In this document: positions 20,014 to 29,799 of the stretch, piece by piece
How positions within the stretch are numbered: position 1 is the first letter of the stretch
Layout of the letters: the number at the start of each line of letters is the position of its first letter
Assembly: GCA_963735345.1 (NCBI GenBank)
Contig: CAVTKL010000013.1
Span: forward strand, 321,130 to 385,129
DNA: 64,000 nucleotides
Direction: 5' to 3'
DNA from: an uncultured Thermoleophilia bacterium
GTDB lineage: Bacteria; Actinomycetota; Thermoleophilia; UBA2241
Position numbers and translations under genes: made by a program
The notes under the pieces: generated by a model
Told to the model about the DNA's origin: nothing
The model's database searches: none
The model's input: the letters and a program-made list of their open reading frames with translations, nothing else

Positions 20014-21066
20014 TCACCTCACACGACCTGGCGCAGCGCCCCTCACCAGTCTTCGCGCCCATCGTCGGCCGCGCCGCATCCAGCGATCGCACGGTTCGCC
20101 CAGCTTCACGAGTGAGCGGCCGAGGCGGTACACAGGCGACCGCAGCAGGGCTTCGGCATCATCGACTGGCCTCATCTCCAACGCGGCACTGTGAGCCAGA
20201 TCGGACATCATGCTCACCACGGCGGCAGGGTGGGCGCCCTCGTACCGCTCGAGCCAACTCGGGTAGCGATAGACATTGTGCACCCTGTACGGCTTGCGAA
20301 GCGTCAGGTACGAGTCGGCGAACCAGCGCCGCTCGTTGACAAACCAGTCGCCGTGCAAGCCCCAGTTCGAATAGTACTCCACCTTGTCGCGCACCTGCGC
20401 CGGAAACAGCAGCGAGTAGTGGTGCATGTGGATGCCCCTGCGCGCCATCTCCGCGGCGTCCAGCCAGCAGACCGAGCGGGTGTCCCGGCCGCGATCGTCC
20501 AGCACGGTAGGGGGGCGATGACCCGCGTAGGAGTATCCAGGCCCCCACTTGAACAGCCTGTGGAAGTCCGCAGCCCCGCGGCGAAGATACCATCCGTCCG
20601 CCACGTAGGCCGGCCTCGCCCAATGGGTGATCGTGGGAAAGGTGACAGCCGTGACCTGCGGCTCGCGCGCGAGCCGTTCGACGACCGCTTGCATGTCGGT
20701 CGAGTGGTAGAACTCGTCGACGTCGACCTGCCACAGGTAGTCCCCCGTGGCACGCACCGCGTAGGCCCGGCTCTGCTCGTCCTTCTCCCCCGGCCAGAAC
20801 CCGTCCTCGTGACCTTCGTCCTCGGCGGTCACGATCACGAGTTTGCCCGCCGGATCCTCCTCGCGCGCGAAGCGGCGCAGTTCCTCCAGTGTGCCGTCCC
20901 GGGAGTGCCCGTCGGGAGATGCGATCGCCGCGGCGCCCGGGGCGGCGCCCTCGACGACGATGATCTGGCCAGCGAACGGATAGAGCGCCCGCACGTTGTA
21001 CGTGACGAACGGCATCCCGTTCAGGACGATCATGCCAAAGGTGATGTTCGGACCCAAACGACTCAT
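20014..21066 (-). CDS. Glycosyltransferase (GT2-like / GT-A fold)
   Basis: N-terminal GMIVLNGMPFV and QIIVVEGAA regions, acidic DVDEF motif. ATGA overlap with the downstream-reading AsnB-like gene. Confidence 0.6.
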   Translation of the reverse strand: MSRLGPNITFGMIVLNGMPFVTYNVRALYPFAGQIIVVEGAAPGAAAIASPDGHSRDGTLEELRRFAREEDPAGKLVIVTAEDEGHEDGFWPGEKDEQSRAYAVRATGDYLWQVDVDEFYHSTDMQAVVERLAREPQVTAVTFPTITHWARPAYVADGWYLRRGAADFHRLFKWGPGYSYAGHRPPTVLDDRGRDTRSVCWLDAAEMARRGIHMHHYSLLFPAQVRDKVEYYSNWGLHGDWFVNERRWFADSYLTLRKPYRVHNVYRYPSWLERYEGAHPAAVVSMMSDLAHSAALEMRPVDDAEALLRSPVYRLGRSLVKLGEPCDRWMRRGRRWARRLVRGAAPGRVR

Positions 21067-22509
21067 GAACCGTGCCCGTTCCTCGCCGCATCCCGACGCC
21101 GCAGCAGCGCCTCGATCGGCCGGAGCGTGAGGTACGCCGCGTAGGCCGGCAGTCGCTGCTCGGCGACTCCCAGCCGTTTCATCATCTCGGCCCAGCGACG
21201 GAACCCGTGGGTCAGGCCGAGACGCCAGTAGACCTCCCACCACTGGCCCACAGGCCCGACAGTGCGATTGATCCAGCGGACGTAGTCGGGCTTCACGACC
21301 TCGCGCAGCAACGTAACGTCGAGAGGCCGCAGCGGCACGCGCCTCATCGCCTGGAAGTTGAGGGTGTTGCGAGAGTCGGCGTTCCAGCGCGTGTTCTCGA
21401 GATCCACTCCTTGCCGCGCGAAGAACTCCTTCTGCCACCGCCGGTCCCTGTGGGAGCGCGGGCGGCAGCGTCAGCATGGCCATGGCGAGGTCGACGCTTG
21501 TGAAGGGCGCGGCGCGCCCCGAAGCCCATGGCCTCGGGCGCCCTCACGAGGTAGGAGAGGAGGGCGATGCGCAGCCGGCACGCCGCCACCAGTCTCGGCC
21601 GGTACTGGGTCCGCAGACGCGGGTCCGACTCCAGGAACTCCTGGGCGCCGAGACGCTCGCTCTGGAGGCGGCTCATCGCCGAGTCAGCGGACATCGACGG
21701 GCCCCAACGGAGCAATGCGTAGACGTCGTCTGGACGGTCAAGCCTGCCCGTCTCCCCCTCGGGCCACGGAGAGCCGTTGAACCAGTCTCCACAGGAGCCG
21801 GTGAAGACCACGCTCCCAGCGGCCGTCCGTGAGCGGATGAAGTCGTAGAACTCCAGGTGGTACATGCCGTGCGCGTGCGTCGACACTCCGTATAGCGCAT
21901 CCCAAGCGTCGATGCGTTGGTGGAAGCGGCCCAGCGGCACCAGTTCCCAGCGGATGCCGAGGCGCCGCGCCAGCTCCTTGGCCTTGACCACCTCGAAGAG
22001 ACTCCTGAGGCCTGTCGCTCGTGCCGTACGTGAACGCGCGCACGCGACGCTTGTCGCTGAGCAGTACGTTGATGAAGCGCGAATCGTAGCCGCCACTCGT
22101 CGGCACGACGAGATCCCCTGCCGCGCACGGCGGCGGCGTCGTTGATCCTGGCGCTCGCCAACCCGAGCACGTCCTCGACGCTGCTCTGCCCCTCCAGCCC
22201 CTCGAGAGTGGGGTCGGGCAGGTGCTCCACGCGAAGCCCCGAGGGGCCAGACCACAGGCGCGACGAGTGCCGCAGCATGCGCACGTCGCGCACGGGCGTA
22301 CGGCCGAAGACGCTGAAGCCGAAGTCAAGGTAGTCGTTGAAACCCTCGGGATCGATCTCGACGTTGACGAGGTCGATGACCTCGTTGATGTTGGCTCCGC
22401 TGCGACCGGTCCGCTCGTTGTAGAAGAACGGCCGCGAAGCGAGCCAGTCCGACTCGAAGACGAGCGTCTCGCTCTGGTGCTCGAGATGGGACGCTTCAGG
22501 CAACGGCAT
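21063..22509 (-). pseudogene. Asparagine-synthetase-like amidotransferase (PP-loop SGGYDS), interrupted by >=3 frameshifts
   Basis: Protein is spread over four reading frames (ORFs 21673-22509, 21738-22565, 21344-22255, 21063-21407). SGGYDSRF PP-loop is present. N-terminus lacks the Cys2 glutaminase nucleophile. Confidence 0.6.
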
Positions 22510-22568
22510 GCGGCTCCTCTCTGGTCACGGGCAACGCGAGCGCCCGCTCCGCGCGCCGCCGGCATGCC

Positions 22569-23912
22569 TCAGCGGCCAGGAACGCGAACAGCCAGAAGCC
22601 CATGGGGTACCGGGTCGGGCTGAGGAACCCGAACGACGTCAGGCTCTCGATGAGCGACACCGACGAGCGTTCCCAAGAGGACGAGCGCCAGGAACTCGGC
22701 CTCGCCCTCTCCGCTGAGGCTCATTCTCAGCGGCGCGCCAGCCGGAGACGACATAGAGGAGCAAGACCGTCGCAACACCGATCAGGCCCAGTCGGTACAG
22801 CACCGGCACCCAGACCAGATCGGCGCTCATCCACAGGATGTCAGCGGCCGTGGGCTCCTGCTCGACGGTGACGAATCCTTGGCCCAGCGCGTGGCTCTCC
22901 GAGCCGATCCAGGCGTAGGTGCGCTGCAGCTTGCCCATTCGGTTCTGGAGGTTCTGGTCAGCGACGACGCTCCCGCTGCGCGTGGTCTTGACGATGCGCT
23001 TGAGGAAGTACTGGGACTGGACCGGCAGAGCCACGGTAGGCGACCGCGCCGAAGACGGCCACGAGGGCGAGCACGGCTACCGCTCGTCTCAGGGCCTGCC
23101 CGACCTGCCGCGCCTTGAAGACGCGCACGCCGAGAACCACGACGAACACCGCGATCGTGCACCGACGAGCAGGGTGCGCGTGTACGAGACCCACAGCGCC
23201 GCCAACGGTGACCATCATCACCCCGACCCAGAACACGCTCCACCGAGGCTTGGCGAAGCAGAAGGCGAGCGCCAGGATGCAGAAATCTGCGGCATGAAGT
23301 AGAAGCTCCTCGTGATCTGCTGACCCATGAACGTGATGCTGAGGTACTCCGTCGACCACGTAGATCGGAACGTGCAGCCCCTGGTGCAGGATGAATAGAC
23401 CTGCGGCGATGGTGTTGACGACCACCAGGGCGTCGACGAGATCGACGGTGTCGGAGCGACTCGCGCGACAGAGCATCCCACGAAGAAGGAAGTAGCCGAC
23501 GAAGAGATAGATGAAGCCCTTCGCCTCGCCCACCGTCGCGCTGAGGTCGCCGAAGCGCGACGACCGTGAGAGCCACCTCGAGCGCAGCCAGCGCGGCGAG
23601 CCCCAGCAGAACGACCTCCTCCGGGGCCGAGAGCGACGGGCCGAAGACACGCGGTCGAGGGTCAGCGCGTCGCCGTGACGGCAGCACGCAGCTCGAAGTA
23701 CACGACCCAGACGATCACGAGCCACATCATGATGTGATCTGAGATCGAGAGCCGCCCGGGTATCCAGAAAGGCCGTGCGTAGTCGAAGAACACCGCGAGA
23801 TTCTGATACATGAGGAACGGGATGCCGAGCAGGAAGATGCGCTGCCGAAACGACGCCCCACGAAGTACGCGAGGAGGAGCGCGGGGAGCGCGTAGTGCAG
23901 GAGCGTCAGCAC
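22569..23912 (-). pseudogene. Wzy/O-antigen-ligase-like polytopic membrane protein, heavily frameshifted
   Basis: Hydrophobic helices are distributed over ORFs 23727-23912, 22958-23725, 22827-23687, 22639-23034 and 22569-22778 in different frames. Confidence 0.45.
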
Positions 23913-24234
23913 CTCAGGTCAGTCCCGAAGTAGTCAGAGACCCGACTGCGGACGGCCCCACGCGCGGGAGCGCGCCGAGGATGATCGAGGGCGGCAACTG
24001 AGCCGTCAGGACTCGTCCGGTGCGACCGACCAAGGTTCCCCGCCCAGCCTGCCACCCTCGCGGTGTCACCGACAGACACAGGCTGAAGTCCAACTGGGAG
24101 AGCGACGATCAGCGTCGCCGACGCGGTCACTCGAGAGGTCCGACATGGGGATGGGACAAGCACGCACCCTGCCTCGATTAGGGCGGACCCTCACTTCTTC
24201 CGGCCCGCGGCATCCGACGGAACTGTACACCACT

Positions 24235-24261
24235 TCGATAACGCTTATCGGCGTCGATCAC
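24235..24261. promoter_or_regulatory. AT-rich inverted repeat CGATAA-cgc-TTATCG plus a third CGAT half-site, in the divergent promoter region
   Basis: Unusually AT-rich palindrome in a 70% GC genome. Lies about 160 nt upstream of the beta-helix gene start and 320 nt upstream of the wzy-like start. Confidence 0.3.
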
Positions 24262-24414
24262 TCAACTCCTGAGCCGCAATGCCGAGGCCATGCCTGACGC
24301 AGAACGCACATGTGCTCTGCACGAGGCGAACGATCGGCAGTCGATGGTGGCGTCACATCCTCTGAAAGGACAGGGGATCCGGCCATTCTCGACACTGGAT
24401 CATAGGAGGCAGAC

Positions 24415-26063
24415 GTGACCTCGACGAAGACAATCCTCGTAGGCATAGCTACGTCCTTGCTGCTCGTGCTCGCACTGGCCCCCGCCCCTGCGGGCGCCGC
24501 AGTAATGACTCAAGAGCAGCACGCACGCCTCGCCACCCTCAACGCCCGCGCCACAAGCATCCACGAGCGGATCGGGGAACTCCGCAGGCACACCCGCCTC
24601 GCGCGACACAGCGACAAGCTGCAGCGTCGACTCGTCCGTGCAGACGCAGCGCTGATCCGCGTCAACCAGAGCCTGGCCTCCCTGAACCGTGCCGTTCTCG
24701 ATACCCCCCAAGCGCGTAGTGAGTATGCGGTGAGGCTCCTCGACAGCAATCGTCTTGCTGCGCACGTGACCGCCGACGCCGTGGTCCTGAATGGGCGAGC
24801 CCTGCGCCTCTGGAACGCCGGACTGGGGCGGAGGGTCGAAGCGGCGCGCACTGATCTGGGGATCCTGAGCTCACAGGTTCGCGCCCAGCGTCTGGACTCG
24901 CGCCGACCGAAGCCGCCCTCGAGGCCGGCTCCGACGCCGACAGTGAAGCCAGCCGTGATGCCTACTCCTACTCCTACGCCCACGCCGACTCCGACGCCCA
25001 TTCCCGCGCCCACGGTGACACCGGCACCGACTCCGACGCCCATTCCCGCGCCCACGGTGACACCGGCACCGACTCCTGCACCGGCACCGACTGTGACGCC
25101 GACACCGACGCCCACCGTGACACCGACGCCGACGCCGACCGTGACACCGACACCGACGCCCACCGTGACGCCGACGCCCACACCGACTCCCGCGCCCACG
25201 CCGGCCGATGCGCCTGCGGACTGGACGCTCGTGTCCGGCAAGACTTTCACGACGTACGTGGTGCCGACCGGCACGCAGAACGTCGTCTATGAGGACTGCA
25301 CGTTCACCGGCGGCCTGCCCGACTGGAACGGCGTCCTCACCCTCACCAATCCCTGCCACGACATCACCTTCCGCAATTGCGTGATCGACTCAGGGCCGGT
25401 GAACGGCGTGACCATCGTCGACCAGGGCGGCACGATCTCCAACATCACCTTCGAGAACTGCACCTTCCGCTCCTCGAAGCGCATGGGCTTCGAGTGCATC
25501 AGCCGCGGCTCCGGCAGCAGCGGCTACCGCAACATCAACCTCATCAACTGCACCTTCGAGCCCCAGGGCTCGGAGATCGTCAGCTACGACGGCACGGCCG
25601 CATCCGGGCTATCTCGACGATCAGCGGCTGCACGCTCAAGGGCGGCGGCACGGTCCAGCGCAGCGGCGGCATGGGCAGCGGCCTCGAGCTCAACGGCATC
25701 ACCAACATGACCGTGACGAACAACCGCATCTACGCCTGCGCCAACGGCCTGCTGAACCTGCAGATGGGGCAGATGGACGGCTACACGGGCGACAGCAAGT
25801 GGGTCATCACCGACAACCTCATCGACGCCTCGACCTCTTACGGACCGGTCTCGGTGGGCTCCGCGGTGGTCGGCGGCATCAACGTCTACGGCGGCGTCTA
25901 TGCCCGCAACACGGTGATCAGCGGCCTCTCCTCGGGCGGCTGCCTCACCCTGAACGGGAGCCACAACATGAACTGGCGCACGACGACCTTCCGGGACGCC
26001 CAGAACCGCGCGGACTACGTGACGCCTTGGCAGGGCAGCGGCAGCTCGGGGAACCTGTTCTGA
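24415..26063 (+). CDS. Secreted right-handed beta-helix protein (pectate-lyase/epimerase-like) with coiled-coil and Pro/Thr linker; one frameshift near 25605
   Basis: Signal peptide, then a heptad-like region, then a (PT)n linker, then parallel beta-helix repeats ([30 protein letters not shown]). Frame changes from the 24415 frame to the 25377 frame. Confidence 0.7.
24910..25201 (+). repeat. Coding tandem repeats encoding a [14 protein letters not shown] / PTPTVT linker
   Basis: Perfect 42-nt tandem duplication (24985-25026 = 25027-25068), followed by about four 18-nt PTPTVT units. Confidence 0.85.
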
Positions 26064-26112
26064 CGACAGGCACGAGCCTGGCCACAGGCCGCCTAAGCGA
26101 ACAGCCAGCTAG

Positions 26113-27219
26113 CTAGCCGCGGATCCACCTGTTCATGGATGAGGCGTCCACAAGGGCCGACCCGAGATCCCGGAACTCCGACTCGCCGTGCAGCAAAGCG
26201 TCGACCTGGGTCAGGACCGGCACGCTGCGGTCGCGCAGAAGGAGCCGAGGGCGAAACGGCGCCATCATGCCAAAGACGGACCGATCGCCTCTCTCTTCGA
26301 GGAGCGAGGGCACGCGAAGCCAGCACATGAGATCGGCCCATCCGCTGTTGGGCGCAAACATGAGCCTGCAACTCCTGAGGTAGCCTAGCTCCCGGGTCAA
26401 CAGCGAGGCATCGGCCAGTGAGGCGGTCGTGACCATGCCGTCGGGCAGCACGGAGCCGCCGGGATGCCCGTAGACCAGAAGCGGCAAGCACAAGTGCGCG
26501 GCCGTCGTGCGAGCGTCCGCCAGCACTTCCTCCACGGAGCTGTTTCTCGGGTCGAGCGAGAAGGACACGGACCTCATCTGCACACCCACGTGGTCCGGGT
26601 AGGTGTTCTCCGAGGAGGCGCAGTCGAATGCTGACGGCAGGTAGGTCGGGGGCATCACGTCCCCATGCTTCCAAGGGTCATCGTTGTCGAACTCCGTGGA
26701 GACCTCCACGAGGTCGCGATCCCAGCGCGTCCAAGGGCGAGCTGGGGCCAGGTAGACTCGATGACTCAAGAGGCTGCGCCATTCCTCCTGCAGCCGTCTA
26801 GCCTTCTCGCGAGCCACGACCCCCCTGATCCTGTTGAGCCTGCCCCTGTCGGGCTGCCTGATGTGTGGGCCGAAAGCGAGCCGGTCCGCGCCGTAGCGCC
26901 GGAAGAGGGCGTCCTCGGCGGCGAACAGATCCGGATCGTCGATCGCCGCACCCGCCGGGTACAGTTGCGGTCGACGCGCGAGCACTTTCCAGCCGGCTCT
27001 CAGCCAGGGCTCTACCCGGCCCAGGAAGTAGCGGATCTCGATCCCCATCTCACCTGGGTAGGCAGGCAGCAGGTGACCGTCGCTCACAATGGGGTGCATC
27101 GGCGCAGCCGCCGCACGAGCAGGGACGAGGTGCAAGCGCTCTGCCGACACAGCGATGATTCTCCGTTTGATGCCGAAGTGAGGACTAGTCACGAGAGAGA
27201 GAATGTCGTTCGGACACAA
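26113..27219 (-). CDS. Hypothetical protein, possibly a GT-B-like glycosyltransferase or capsule-synthesis protein
   Basis: 368-aa ORF with coding composition and no recognised motifs. Start may be the internal M at 27102. Confidence 0.35.
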   Translation of the reverse strand: MCPNDILSLVTSPHFGIKRRIIAVSAERLHLVPARAAAAPMHPIVSDGHLLPAYPGEMGIEIRYFLGRVEPWLRAGWKVLARRPQLYPAGAAIDDPDLFAAEDALFRRYGADRLAFGPHIRQPDRGRLNRIRGVVAREKARRLQEEWRSLLSHRVYLAPARPWTRWDRDLVEVSTEFDNDDPWKHGDVMPPTYLPSAFDCASSENTYPDHVGVQMRSVSFSLDPRNSSVEEVLADARTTAAHLCLPLLVYGHPGGSVLPDGMVTTASLADASLLTRELGYLRSCRLMFAPNSGWADLMCWLRVPSLLEERGDRSVFGMMAPFRPRLLLRDRSVPVLTQVDALLHGESEFRDLGSALVDASSMNRWIRG

Positions 27220-27249
27220 ACGCTAGTGGAATAGTGCGTACCACGGTCT

Positions 27250-27684
27250 TCAGAGCTCGACGAGACCGGAGTCGATCCCAGAGGCCCCGGGGGCCGCCGC
27301 CGAGTCCGGGTCACACGTTCCCGCCGAGAGGATGTCCGGGATGCCGACATCTCGAGCCACGCTCAGTGCCCAAGCAGTACGAAGCCCCCGTGGCTTCTCA
27401 TCGTTGATGAGCACTCGCTCGCCAACGGGCAGCCCAAGCAGCAGGATGGCGTACCGCAGCCCCCAACGAGCAAGTTGTTCCTCCGTCTGCTGTCTGTAGC
27501 TATGGGCCCGGGCACTCAACAGCACGACCACATCACCCTCCGGCACATCCCGAAAGAACTCCCGCACCCCCGGCAAAGGGGTCTCCTCGGCCGAATGCAA
27601 GTAGCCATTGTGCGGGAAGATCACGCCGTCGACGTCAATGAGCCACGTCTTGGGCAAGTCACTCAGCTGGGAGCGCCTGATCAC
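27250..27684 (-). CDS. HAD-superfamily phosphatase (KdsC/GmhB-like sugar-phosphate phosphatase)
   Basis: DxDG motif (WLIDVDGVIF). The N-terminal part of the long ORF is S/W-rich junk, and a GTG at 27684 is the preferred start. Overlaps the SIS gene end by 26 nt. Confidence 0.5.
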   Translation of the reverse strand: MIRRSQLSDLPKTWLIDVDGVIFPHNGYLHSAEETPLPGVREFFRDVPEGDVVVLLSARAHSYRQQTEEQLARWGLRYAILLLGLPVGERVLINDEKPRGLRTAWALSVARDVGIPDILSAGTCDPDSAAAPGASGIDSGLVEL

Positions 27685-28267
27685 CGCTCTTGCCCCTTCT
27701 GCCGATAGCGCCACCTGGATGGTTGTGCAGGAACTGCTCCAGAGGGACACCCAGTCTCTCCGAGAGATCCACGGCGATGGCATTGAAGACAGCGAGGAAG
27801 ACGATGGATGAGTTGACCGGAGCCATGTCCCAGAGGTCACCCTCGTGCGCGAGTTCGACGACCGTGCTGTGCTGCGTGAGGTCGGCGATGGGCGACGCGG
27901 CCGTGCAGGTGAGCGACCATGTGGTCAAGGGTCGACTCTGCACAAGCCGCGCAAGAGCGACGCTCTCTTCGGTCGATCCGCTCTTGGAGACGATGATGAG
28001 CAGGTCGTGCGGCGCGAGGATGCCCAGATCGCCGTGGACTGCACTGTTCGAGTGGAGGAATCGAGCCGACAGCCCGAAGCTGTTCAGGGTCCCGGCGAAC
28101 TTCTCGCAGATCGGGACGTTCTTGCCCAAGGCGGTGACCACGACCTGGTGGCCGTCCCGCAATGCAGCCTCGCAAGCATCTGCGAGGAGCCCGACCCCAT
28201 CCGCATCCCTGTCAGCCACCGAGGCGATCGCAGACGCCTGGTCAAGTAGCCGCTCTCTCAGTCCCAC
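27659..28267 (-). CDS. SIS-domain sugar-phosphate isomerase (KpsF/KdsD arabinose-5-P isomerase-like, no CBS domains)
   Basis: ALGKN...HGDLGIL...SKSGSTEE closely matches the KdsD SIS core (GKSGHIGRK...HGDLGM...SNSGES). Confidence 0.65.
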   Translation of the reverse strand: MGLRERLLDQASAIASVADRDADGVGLLADACEAALRDGHQVVVTALGKNVPICEKFAGTLNSFGLSARFLHSNSAVHGDLGILAPHDLLIIVSKSGSTEESVALARLVQSRPLTTWSLTCTAASPIADLTQHSTVVELAHEGDLWDMAPVNSSIVFLAVFNAIAVDLSERLGVPLEQFLHNHPGGAIGRRGKSGDQALPAE

Positions 28268-29763
28268 AACTCCCCCAGCACCTCCGTGCCCCTGTAGAAG
28301 GCGCCGCAGACCTTATCATAGTCATCCCACGCATAGGTCGTCAGCGAGAGCCAGATGATGCCCAGAATCGTCATGAGGTGGCGCTCGGAGATCCCACTGG
28401 CTTCGAAGACCTCAGGAGCCAGTGATTCCCACCCACTGCTCTCGATCTCCAGGTCGACCTCGTGCGGCTTTATGGAGAGGCGAAAGCGACCCACGTTGAA
28501 CTGATCGTAGTTGGTCAGAACGGAGTAGAGCAGCTTGCCCCAATCGTACGCAGGATCGCCAAACAGGCGTGTCGTCCCGAAGTAACCGCGCGGGTCGATG
28601 AAGACGACGCGCTCTCCATCCAGCAGCATGTTCGAGAACGTCGGATCCCCGTGGATGAAGCAGAAGCGCTCCGGGTAGTGACGACGCACCATCTCACTGA
28701 GCGCCTCCCACTGGTAGAGTGGGTTCAGATACGTCCTGCCGTTGATGACGAGCTCAGGGCGATCGGCGAACGGAACGAGCCTCCTCACCTTCGCCAAGCG
28801 CTCCGCCGTCTTCGTGAGATAGGCAGTCTCCAGGCTCGAGGCATCAGCGCTCACTGGGGGGAAGGCTCCATGGATCTCGCTGAGCTCGCGAATGATGGTG
28901 TCCAGAGAACCTTTGGACGCGTGCCCGCGATACGGCTCCCGTCCGCGAACACGCCCCATGCGCAATGGGTCGTAGCCACGAACCGCCGGCAGACACTGCA
29001 GCCCCGCGAGAGAAGCCTGTCGATACCAGTTCTGCTCCAGCTCGGCCAGCGTCCGCCCTTGCTCATCGAGGGGCTCCTTCACGATCGATCCGTCCGGCAG
29101 CGAGGTGATGCTATTGAACGGACGGCTCGCGAACTCGCCGACGCCCCGCTCCTCGTAAGCCTCCAGCGTGCCGATCTCCGAACAGATGTCGCCGAGCGGC
29201 ACGCCCACCGCCTGCCATTCGGGCAATGAAGCGAGGTGCTCGCAGAACTCGCCGGCAGGGGGGACTGAGAGCAGATCAGAGGTCCGCGGGAACCAGAAGT
29301 AGCCTGCGATCCCCGCCACACTGGAAGGCAGATGAATCGGCTTCCCGTCCTGGAGAGACCACCGACATGGAAATGACTGCGAGAGACCGATCGCGGGCAA
29401 GTCAAGACCCGAGCAGAGCGGGACCGGAGACTCGGAGTAGACGAGATCGCACCATGAGAGCACGACGGGAACCTCCGGGTCCAGCTGCTCAGCCGCTTTC
29501 GCGACCCCGGCACAGGTCCCAGAGCCATCAGCCGAGACGATGCGACAGCGCTGATGGCGCCCGAATGCCTCCATGTACCTCCTGAGCACGTCGAGCTTGT
29601 AGTCGCCGATGACGACGATGTCCGCCTCGGGGAAGAGGTCCAAAGCGTGAAAGAGCAGCGGCTTGCCGCGAAGAGGGACAAGCGCCTTGGGCTTGTTGGC
29701 GGTGAGCTGTGCCATGCGCGTGCCTTGGCCCCCCGCCTGGATTATGACGTTGAGCTCGCCCAT
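28258..29763 (-). CDS. Bifunctional nucleotidyltransferase (N-term) / APH-choline-kinase-fold sugar or small-molecule kinase (C-term)
   Basis: N-terminal IIQAGGQGTRM...KPKALVPL nucleotidyltransferase signature. C-terminal FIHGDPTFSNMLL and FIDPRGYFG Brenner/APH motifs. Resembles AmgK-MurU or LicA-LicC fusions. Confidence 0.7.
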   Translation of the reverse strand: MGELNVIIQAGGQGTRMAQLTANKPKALVPLRGKPLLFHALDLFPEADIVVIGDYKLDVLRRYMEAFGRHQRCRIVSADGSGTCAGVAKAAEQLDPEVPVVLSWCDLVYSESPVPLCSGLDLPAIGLSQSFPCRWSLQDGKPIHLPSSVAGIAGYFWFPRTSDLLSVPPAGEFCEHLASLPEWQAVGVPLGDICSEIGTLEAYEERGVGEFASRPFNSITSLPDGSIVKEPLDEQGRTLAELEQNWYRQASLAGLQCLPAVRGYDPLRMGRVRGREPYRGHASKGSLDTIIRELSEIHGAFPPVSADASSLETAYLTKTAERLAKVRRLVPFADRPELVINGRTYLNPLYQWEALSEMVRRHYPERFCFIHGDPTFSNMLLDGERVVFIDPRGYFGTTRLFGDPAYDWGKLLYSVLTNYDQFNVGRFRLSIKPHEVDLEIESSGWESLAPEVFEASGISERHLMTILGIIWLSLTTYAWDDYDKVCGAFYRGTEVLGELWD

Positions 29764-29799
29764 TGCGCCCGGTCCCATTGGCTGCTTCGCCCGCGACCG

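Noticed and set aside
24910-25201. Short tandem DNA repeats considered as a CRISPR array or minisatellite
   Set aside because: They are in-frame coding repeats for a Pro/Thr linker inside the beta-helix gene. The units are contiguous with no spacers.
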